NCBI GenBank assembly: GCA_051362555.1
Contig: CM120641.1
Span: 40,492,401 to 40,556,400, forward strand
Length of the DNA: 64,000 bases
Source of the DNA: Lingula anatina
Lineage: Eukaryota > Animalia > Brachiopoda
Direction of reading: 5' to 3'
Below are positions 54,754-64,000 of the stretch, in pieces; position 1 is the first letter of the stretch, and the number at the start of each line of letters is the position of its first letter. The notes below the pieces were generated by a model. It made no database searches. It had not been told where the DNA came from and saw only the letters and a list, made by a program, of their open reading frames with translations. A program made the translations under genes and the position numbers.

Positions 54754-54835
54754 TCATGTGACCGTCATGTGGTGTTTTCAGGTCAGGGGATTCCCCCATC
54801 CTCAGCCAATGGCTGTGAAGTAAAGTGACATGTGA
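54754..54835. promoter_or_regulatory. PLBD1/ZC3H7 bidirectional promoter motifs: M-box/E-box x3, kappaB palindrome, CCAAT
   Basis: TCATGTGAC 54754-54762, GTCATGTG 54764-54771, GGGGATTCCCC 54786-54796, CCAAT 54806-54810, CATGTGA 54829-54835. Confidence 0.5.
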
Positions 54836-56710
54836 TCGAGAAGCTTATGAGGCGCCATCACCAGCTTCCTGGCTAAAACAAACTCAGTTTCTTCGTTTGT
54901 GAAAGTAGGTTTTTGCAGCTTTTGTCAGAAACTTGTTGGCGTACCAAGAAGAGAGTCAATGGTATGAGTTTTATAGACCTTGCAGTGCATTTTGACGAGA
55001 TATAGTGTAGTATTTCAAACTTGAACACAGTGTGAATATAACTTTTGTCTTGTCCTCATATACCCGCACATGTACACATTGTACATATATTGACTGCAGT
55101 TTGCAGTATTGACGTGAAAAATGTTTTGACTTGTGAACGGCTTGCGTGGAACCTGCTTGCAGACTTTATTTTAAAATAAGTGCGACCTTTTCTCATGAGA
55201 ACTTATATGGTTAATGAATTCGGCTTGTTTGTAATTTTCATTCTTTTAGTTTGGAACCAACGGTATGGACATGGCGCTCCATTCTGTTCATGGCTATATA
55301 GATTTACATTCATAAGACCAACCCGTGTCATTTAAGTTCATGATGTGTAAGGGGGGGGAGGGGGGGGGTCAAATGCACCAAAATTTAAAATAACAAAATG
55401 CATGAAAGCGAGGTCGACACATTCCATGTAAATTAAAGCTGTGTTCCAATGAAATACAATCAATCAAGTTGAACTTGATTTTATATTACATCTTTGTTAG
55501 AGTGTATGTACAGTTATTGACTTTGCCTGAGATCGATATGTTGTTTTGCAGACCTAAAAAAAAATATATTGACTGAGGTACAACAGTTGTAAATTGAACC
55601 ACAGCTTTAGCATATGGATTATTTGTCCTAAAAGAAACCGGAAGAATCAGACAACCAAAATAAACCAATGAATCAGTTAATGTTAATGTCTTGTTTTTGT
55701 TTGCCATGTATTGCTGACATCAGCACATTTTCATTATCCACCAGGTTTTGGGTTAAAACTTTAATCACAATACATTGAACTATCCAGGTTATCCACTGCA
55801 TGTCTGTACTGCTTTAGATAATGTACTTAGTACATTTTGGTGTCTTTACTGTAACTACTTAAATTGTAAATATGAAATATCAAATAAATTAAGATTAAAA
55901 AAATTAATCAAGGTGAAATGTGTGTAAACAGGGAGGGACTTATTCATCAAAAGATTCATTGGTCTTAAACCTTTTTAATGGTTGGGTAGAAGTCACAAAT
56001 TGTTTGCTTGCAAAGAACATGATAGTTTTCAACAGTTATTTTGTTATTAATTGTCAAGTGATTATTGGACCATATAAATTACTAGAATTTTTGTGTGTTT
56101 ATTGTACGTATAATTTTCCTTCCTAAGCCTAAGTGAACTTTTGGCTGTCTTTGGACTAAGGGGTGGCATTTTTGATAACATTATACCATCATAATTAAGA
56201 GGATAAACAAATTACATTTTTTATCTGTATACAAAATGGAAAAAATATTATCTCTTATTTCAGTGATATTTGATTTCATGTTTTAGTTCAGTTCAGGATA
56301 ATCCATCATAATTTGGTGTGACAGATAGCAATATTCTTTGAAAAGAAATATTGGGGTGTCTACAATAGTACAAAAAAGCAAAGCTTATAGCACATTCTAT
56401 TCAAATACTTCATTACATTTTTATATGCTCTTCAGTATCCTCTGGTGTTATTTGACATACATAGATAAGGTATTTCAGCATTTGAGGATAAAGACTTTGT
56501 TTGCTCACAAGTACGGATTTTATCCTGGCATGATGAGATATGAATGCAGCATATAAACCAACCAGCTGTGGATTTTTATCTTTATCAACTTACCATATCT
56601 TCTTATTTTTTGTGTCTCATTTCAAGCCAGTTGTGTGCATGTGATTTGTATGTGTGTATTAGTCACTTGCTCTTTTAGGACATGAAGCAGTCAAGCCTGT
56701 GTTAGAAAAG

Positions 56711-57718
56711 ATGGATGGTAAAGGAAAAGGGCATTCCCCAAAGGGTGCCCCGTGGACGTGGAGTAAAGATGAAATTCTGTATCAGATTGGTGAGAGAGAG
56801 AAGAGGATCGCCCGGATTATGCCTCATTGGAAAGATCTCATGTAAGTAGGGCGACTTGTAGATTTTCCTGCTGATGGATACAAAATAAAAGAAGTTAATT
56901 TAGTCAGGTACCTGAATAGAATAAATTGTGAATGACTATTGGAAAAGAAGGATGTTTTCTTAGCTGAAGGGGTTTCATTTATGATGTGTGTCCTTAAATG
57001 TAACAGGTGGCATATTTGTAGTGTTTGATAAATTATTGATTTATTGAAGTTGTGAGTTCTGCACTGAAGTAGACTTTGAATTGAATTATTTATCTTCACT
57101 GTAATGTCTAGATAGGATTGCTCTCTTTAAACTTTAAACTCAACCAATAATTATGGTGTCTTTATTTATGTAATATTAAAAATGAAAAAGCATCTTCCTT
57201 TCTTAAGTGTGTTTTTATTTTACAAATACAATCATGTCTTTTTGTTTTGTTTGTTTTCAGGAATGGGGAGCAGCCAAGAACATCAAAGGTAGTAGTCTAA
57301 TAAGTTTACAAATTATGTTTCATCAAAGTTTTCTTTATCCTGATTCAACAGTTTTTGTTAACTTTTAGTTTTTAAATTGATTTTAACGGCAGTTTTTTTG
57401 TTAAAAAGTTATGAAAAATGAGGTTTCTATTCAGATAAATTTTATGTATCTACTGTAGGCGGAGTTGTATACTCTTCTCAGTGACTTAAAGGAGGAAGGA
57501 AACATGAAGTTTAAAGAAGAAATGTATAACGATGCATGGGTACACTACAGGAACGCGTTGTTTATAGCCAAGAGCCTGGAGACACAACATTATGAAGATG
57601 TTGATAAAGACTTTGTGTCTGCTTTGTTCTCCAACAGGGCCTTTTGCAGTATCAAGATGGTAAGGTCACACATAAAACAAAATATTGATTTATGGCTTAC
57701 AGATTGGGTTTAAAAAAA

Positions 57719-57814
<96 letters not shown>

Positions 57815-59451
57815 AAGAAGCAAAGTACAATGTTTTATGAGACAGGCACAATATTGATGTTACTGTGACTAATCTATTTTATGTGAAAGTACACTTACAT
57901 TTGGTGCTGAAGTCAAATCTGAATTTTTGTTCTGTGAAATCTGTTGCAGATTTTCTTAGAAATTTATGTGAAGATTTATATAATTTTACAAAAAGAAAAA
58001 AAATCACAATTGTTGGCATTTTTAGGGGAGATATTTTGAGGCACTAGAAGATGCAAACTTGGGTGAGTCTGATTTTGTTGATATTTTATCTATAGTCATT
58101 ATTTGGGTATGATTTTAGTAAAGAACTTAAACTAGAGATATTGGTAATATTTGGATGAAAACGTTTGGTATAATGATTTTTTGCTGTTTAAGTATTGATT
58201 GCAGTAATGAAGCCATCTTTTTATCAGTAAAATTTAAGCAAATCTTCCACTTTTGTCAAATAGGCAAAGATTTAAAAAACTTCTTAAAAATTTTTCAATT
58301 TTAGAGAAATGTTTTTTGATTTTACAGCCATTGATGTGAGCCTAAAGAAAAATACCAAAGCGTACTATCGCAAGGCAGTAGCTTTAAAAGGACTGAAGAA
58401 GTACAAGGAAGCCTTGGAAACAGCAAGAGAAGGACAGAAGAGAGCTGAAGTATTATGCTTATTTTATTTTTGGTGAATTCCATTGAAATTGGAAACATTT
58501 GAAATATAAGAAACATTGAAGAATATATTTGAAAGTCTGTTTGGAATTTGGGTGATGGTTATTTTTTACACATTGCTTAAATTGATAACCTTTTTTAGGT
58601 TCTAAGAAAATATGGTATATGGTATAATTGTAGTCTTTATTTGTGTGACTGAGTGTATTTTATTTCAAAATGTGTTATATTATTTTTTTTAAAGAGTGGA
58701 GATTTTGGTAAAGGATTTCAAGACCTTATCAGTGAACTTTCAAGTAAAGTTCATAGTGCTAAGGCAGAGAAAGTTGAACCAGTCCGGCTGCCAGCAGAAG
58801 CCTCTGCCAACAGTGGCTCTGTGGAAAAAGAGGAGGTTGATGAGAGTTGGTTACTGGGCACTAATGTGTTTGTTAGTAAGAAGGTGAGATTAATGTTTTT
58901 TTTTTGTGTGTGTGTGTGTGTACAGTAATTTTAATTATAAGATGTAAACTGAGTACCAGTACAAGTGTTTCCTGGTATTTTTCCTGAAATATGTGTAAAA
59001 ATAGGTGATTGTTACATCAACTTGAGAAGGACGATGGAATATGACTTCTTAGTGGACAATGGTAAATAGAAAAGAAAGTATCTGTATATATTCTAATCTA
59101 ACATCTGTTTGTATGTCAGTCTTCCTGTCTAGTTATTTACATGAAATTGTTAAATTTCATATCAGACTTGTCATCTTTCATACACACAATAAATTCTTTT
59201 GTTCAACAGGCATCTGATGTTGGAAAAGATAACAAAAAGAAGAAAAACAAGAAGAAAAATGGTAAAAGACATTTAACATTTAAATGCAGATAAAATTGTA
59301 ATTTGTATTTCAAAGGCAATACAACGTCATTTAAATTTTATTTGTTAGCCAGTATTGAACCATAATTCTCATGAATGAATTTGTCCATTTTCAAGCAGAT
59401 TTTTATGTACAGACACAGATGTGTCTGTACATATTGCCATCATCTGCGTCT

Positions 59452-59501
<50 letters not shown>

Positions 59502-62500
59502 GCACTTTTACCGATAACACGATAAGTGGAAAACCATTTTACCTTTTGACTTGAAACTTGCAGAACTGATGAATATTCATAATACGCAGGTCAAGTTCGA
59601 AAATCAGCATGATCGGGTCACTTTTAGGGAATTTATGCTGTTTTTTCACTTTTTTCAGCATATATGCAGCACCGATAACACGATAAGTGGAAAACCATTT
59701 TACCTTTTGCCTTGAAACTTACAGAACTGATGAATATTCATAATACGCAGGTCAAGTTCGAAAATCAGCATGATCGGGTCACTTTTAGGGAATTTATGCT
59801 GTTTTTTCACTTTTTTCAGCATATATGCAGCACCGATAACACGATAAGTGGAAACCCATTTTACCTTTTGACTTGAAACTTACAGAACTGATGAATATTC
59901 ATAATACGCAGGTCAAGTTCGAAAATCAGCATGATTGGGCCATTTTTAGGGAATTTATGCTGTTTTTTCACTATTTTCAATATAAATACAACACTGATAA
60001 CACAATATAAGAAAAACGGATTGGCCAATTGTAATCATACTCACAGGAGTGGTCAATCTTACTAAAACGCAGGTTGAGTTCGAAAATCAGCATAATCAGG
60101 CCATTATTTTAGAAGTTATACTGTTTTTCACATTTCCTCAGATTCAATTATTAGGCATGTTAACAGTCTCATTATTTAACTAATAAGATGCCTAAAAGTG
60201 TTTGTTTGATATTTCCTGCATCTTTACAACATTGTTAGTTGATTATGTAAAAAACATGGTAAACTTGTTATCATGTATTGTGTAATAAAGTGTCAAAAAT
60301 GGAAATAAACTCATATCATTGCAGTTTATCAGATTCAATCATCCACTATGTTCAGAATCTCAGAATGGAGGAAATTGGACATTTAACACTGTTCTATTGA
60401 TACTTTTCCCATCTCATCAATTTTCTTAGTTGGTCATATAAAATGGCAGTAAAATGTTTATTTTGTTTTATGTTAAAAAAGTGTTAAAAATGGAAATAAA
60501 CCCATTTCAGAACAGTGCTGTCTTGTTTACATTTTGGCATTTTCAAGGCGTGACTTTGAAGTTCCATGGGCCTGAAGACCTTTGCTAGTCACATTTTCTG
60601 AATATCTGTGAAACAAATATTTTATAATTAAAAATTGATGGTCATTAAGCTGTTAAACATTATGTAATATTGCATCAAAATTTGAAGAAACCCCTATTTT
60701 GGGCACTGCTTCCATGATGACCATTTAAGGAAAATCATGTCACTTACTGTTCTCAAACTTACAGGAAAGAAACATGGGACTAAAATACAGCTTCAGTAGG
60801 CAATGCAGTCTGTTTGGTATTTTTATTTATTTATTTATTTATTTTGGCAGTTAAACAGTTTTTTGTTTAAATTTAATTTTTCACATATTGGCATTTTCAA
60901 GGTGTGACTTTAAAGTTCCATGATCTTGAAGACTTTTGCTTGTCACATTTTCTGAATGTCCATGTTACTAATATTTTATTAATAACATTTGATTGTCATT
61001 ATGCTGTTAAACATTATGTAATGTTGCATCAAAATTTGAAGAAACCCCTATTTTGGGCACTGCTCCTATGATGACCATTTAAGGGAAATCATGTCACTTA
61101 CTGTTCTCAAACTTACAGGAAAGAAACATGGGACTAAAATACAGCTTCAATAGGCAACGCAGTCTGTTTGGTAAATTTTTCTGGCAATTTAACAGTTTTT
61201 TGTGAAAATTTAATTTTTCACTTATTTGCATCTTTATTTTCTGTTCTTTGTCTGTACATTTGACAGCTTTGCTGCCTTGTTTTGCATTTTGCCTTTATAC
61301 AGACAGATGCATATCTTGTGAGTTTTGTAATTGTAGTAAGTCTTGGAGTAAAATTGAGTGGTGCGGATGAAGATGACACAGGGGATGAAGATGAAGAAGA
61401 AGATGAGGATGAAAGCTTGATCACTACTATCCCTAGTGCTAATCGGTTTGATGCACTAAATAATCTTGGCTCTGTCAGCAGTGCCTCTACCAGAGAGGTA
61501 TAAATATTTTAATATATAGCAGAGACATTGTAATTATGAAATGTTTAAAAATTGTTGATGGGATTTTTGATTATGAACTCTTTTCAAAGTTCTGTATTGT
61601 CATTCTACACACTGGTAGTCAGTCTTCTCTCTTTATGTACCATGCAGTAGTTTATCATATAATACTCATCAAGATGGCCTACATTCACTGTACTACAAAA
61701 ACATTTTGGTGCATGTAATTATTATGTCATTAATTTAGGATTGGAAGTGCATTTAACTTTTTGATGTATTACTGGAGTGTTCAGAATTTTTTAAATGACA
61801 TTTTACCAAAAATTACACTGTTAAGGTGCATAGCTGTTTATATACAATGGTTGAAAATAAACTGTTTTATAAATCCTGTTTACAGACTGAGGCAAGCAAA
61901 AAACAACCAGAGGTCCAAACCAAAAGTCCAAGTAGAAATCGAGATCTCTCTGACTTTGATCTGTCAGGTAATTATATCTTTTTTCAGTGTCAATTGTTTA
62001 TCAAATGATGAATTGAAGATATACATATAGGTGTTAACTTCTAATATCAAGTCAAAACAAATTTAGTGACCATGAAATGATTTGAAATTTACACTTGTAA
62101 TTCATACTTTCAGTAGGGATGGGGCAGCAACAGCTTATGTATGCTATGGATGCAAGTGCTAACAGTCCCCGCTCACAGCAAGGACAGGACAGACAAGGCA
62201 ACCCTTGGCAGCAGGTGGTCCCACAATCCCCACGTAGGTCCCAACAGTACCAGCAGCCCAGTTATAATACAAATAATGTACAGTCCCAAGAAGCTGGTGT
62301 GGTGCCCTCTAGAGGCCTGTTACCTACTCCTCTTCCGCCTTTCCCACCACCATATGACTCATGGTATGACTACAGATTTGCTTGCCGAAACTGCTTCCAG
62401 CAGATAGGGGAGGGGGTTAATGGCTACAGATTGTCCACAGTACAGAATCACCTGTGTGAGGAGAACTTTCTGTTGATGAAGCTGAAACAAGGCAATGGAC

Positions 62501-64000
62501 CTTGGTTGAAGATACGTCCAAGGCCAGTTAATGTCCATTTTGTTGGCACTTACAAGCTTTGTAGGCACTTCTTGCAACAGAAGCCGTGTAATGTGGGTAC
62601 GTATTGGCTAGTATTTCTGCACTGTATGTTTCATTTGTAGTTTTATTGGTTATGTTCAATTAGACTCTTCCTGTGATTGATTTATTTACTGGTTATAAAG
62701 AGTTGCGTTAACTGTTATGGTACATTATATATGTACGTAGAAGGGTTGATCCTATTTTTAAATACATAAACTGTAAACCGTGTTTTGATTTTACTCTAAA
62801 TTTACTGAGTGGCTTTGTTTGCTAAAGAAGCAGGTTGCTTTCAAAAAACGGCATTTACATTTTACATCATGGTTAACATTTACAGTAATTATTCTGGTTT
62901 TTTTGCACAATTTTGGTGATGTTGGCCCCATAACTTCCAAATCATTTTATTTTCAACTTAAAATTTACTGAGTGGCTTTGTTTAGTAAAGCAGCAGGTTG
63001 CTTTCAAAAATCAGCATTATCAGTTAACATTTATGGTAATAATTCTGTTTTTTTATGTGTGAAATCTTGATTTTTCACTCATTAGCATTTTCAGTGGCTT
63101 TTATATCACATGGAATTGAATCACTTCCTAGTTTTTCAATGTCCATGTCACCTGTAGTACATAATGTAAGAGGGTAAGAGTGATTATGTTATTTTAAAGC
63201 ATTATGTTACAGTGCATCAAAAATGGCCAAAACATTATTTTGTGCACTTTTTTCTGTATAACGTCTGAACATTTGACAGCTTTGCTGCCTTGTTTCCTGT
63301 ATGGTGTCTGTATATTTATTAGCTTTGCTGTCTCGTTATAGGATGTTCGTTTTAAGATCTGAAGTTTGAAAGCTGAATAATGTTACTTATTTCAAATCTA
63401 GGGGAAGCACGTTGCACATTTGCACATAATGATGAAGAAATGGAATTATGGGCTATTGACAGAGAAGGAGGATTCAGTATAGCAGACTTTATCAGCAAAC
63501 ACACAACCAATATTTGTGAGTACTGAGATAATTATCTTTTTAAATTTTACAGCTCTGTTCTCAGTTTACACATCAGTATGCTTTTAAATCCCATCTTTTG
63601 TTTTTCATTTTTACCAGGATTTCCTTTTAATTTCTAGGTTGTTAAATAATCCTTAAATTTCCCATGGTTAGCACCTACATATTGTAATGCTTCTGTCTCA
63701 AAGTTTCTTTTGTGTTTCATTTTTATATTCAGTGAGGGAAAGGTCCTTACAAGCTGCCATGGAAGCCAAGAGACAACAACAGGTGTACCCGTCATCACAC
63801 CAACAGGGGTATTCCTCATCACACCAACAGGGGTACCCAGCATTACACCAACAGGGGTACCCAGCATCACACCAACAGAGGTACCCAGCATCACACCAGC
63901 AGGGGTACCAGGCATCATATGTGCATGGTGGCACGAGGCAAAGCATGGGCAGAGGTCGCGTGATGCTGACCCCTGGTGGACAATATCCTGGTCATGGCAT
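56711..64000 (+). CDS. ZC3H7: TPR + CCCH zinc-finger protein, ZC3H7A/B-like (5' part; continues beyond the window)
   Basis: Frame-consistent exons starting at 56711, 57261, 57459, 58026, 58328, 58695, 59210, 61337, 61886, 62114, 63402, 63733. TPRs (LKEEGNMKFK, LFSNRAFCSIKMGRYFEALEDA, KAYYRKAVAL) are followed by the ZC3H7-type FACRNCF...WLKIRPRP..FVGTYKLC...C...CTFAHNDEEMELW. A helicase-fused relative cannot be excluded without the downstream sequence. Confidence 0.75.
57721..57812. repeat. (GT)n microsatellite
   Basis: About 46 perfect GT units. Confidence 0.95.
59510..60135 (+). repeat. 161-bp tandem repeat, ~4 copies, inside the HINE
   Basis: Units start at 59510, 59671, 59832 and 59993 (ACCGATAACACGATAAGTGG...); the first three are near-identical and the fourth is diverged. 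Confidence 0.93.
60531..61220 (+). repeat. ~354-bp tandem duplication inside the HINE
   Basis: GGCATTTTCAAGGYGTGACTTT...AAACATGGGACTAAAATACAGCTTCA recurs at 60536 and 60890. Confidence 0.88.
62790..63338 (+). mobile_element. Older degenerate copy of the same HINE family
   Basis: ~163-bp-period repeat (62798, 62961) sharing GCAGGT....TTC.AAAATCAGCAT with the 161-bp unit. Two 3'-end modules: GTCTGAACATTTGACAGCTTTGCTGCCTTGTT (~63263-63294) and TGTCTGTATATTTATTAGCTTTGCTGTCTCGTT (~63306-63338). Confidence 0.6.
63775..63918 (+). repeat. Coding 24-bp minisatellite encoding (QQGYPASH)-like x6
   Basis: CAACAGGGGTACCCAGCATCACAC-like units, in frame in the last visible ZC3H7-like exon. Confidence 0.88.

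Larger units (their letters stand above)
59402..61283 (+). mobile_element. Helentron-associated non-autonomous element (HINE; CvA/pearl/DINE-like), ~1.9 kb, intronic
   Basis: T-run, then subTIR ATGTACAGACA with nearby inverse TGTCTGTACAT, a (GTCGTCGCC)n microsatellite and internal tandem repeats. The 3' end is TGTCTGTACAT + hairpin GACAGC-TTT-GCTGCC + TTGTT. Confidence 0.8.

Noticed and set aside
59510-60135. CRISPR-like array
   Set aside because: Head-to-tail 161-bp units with no unique spacers, no cas genes, and a eukaryotic intron context.
63634-63946. Minus-strand repetitive ORFs (GTPVGVM / YPCWCDAG repeats)
   Set aside because: Antisense readings of the 24-bp coding minisatellite; the plus frame continues the spliced ZC3H7-like ORF.

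Overview
AT-rich, intron-dense animal genomic DNA, probably a lophotrochozoan invertebrate such as a mollusc (inferred from gene content and repeat types; not provable from the sequence). Ten spliced protein-coding genes were rebuilt by hand from GT-AG exons. In order: ZNF598 exon 1 (-), synaptogyrin (+), G-alpha class V/Gv (-), GTPBP1 (-), Josephin JOSD1/2 (+), SNX29 (-), RPL10 (+), a divergent calmodulin-like gene (-), PLBD1 (-), and a TPR/CCCH ZC3H7-like gene (+, runs off the window). Eight of the ten sit in four head-to-head pairs. Several non-autonomous DNA transposons are present (Harbinger-, Mutator- and Kolobok-like MITEs; Helentron/HINE-type elements with internal tandem repeats). The best candidate for something undescribed is a tandemly duplicated, apparently mutually exclusive 129-nt exon in the Gv gene: switch I is identical at the protein level despite synonymous divergence, and candidate splicing-control motifs flank it. 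Other points are a possible translation-surveillance gene neighbourhood with ancient microsynteny, a two-ATG myristoylation switch in Josephin, and a kappaB/M-box bidirectional promoter.
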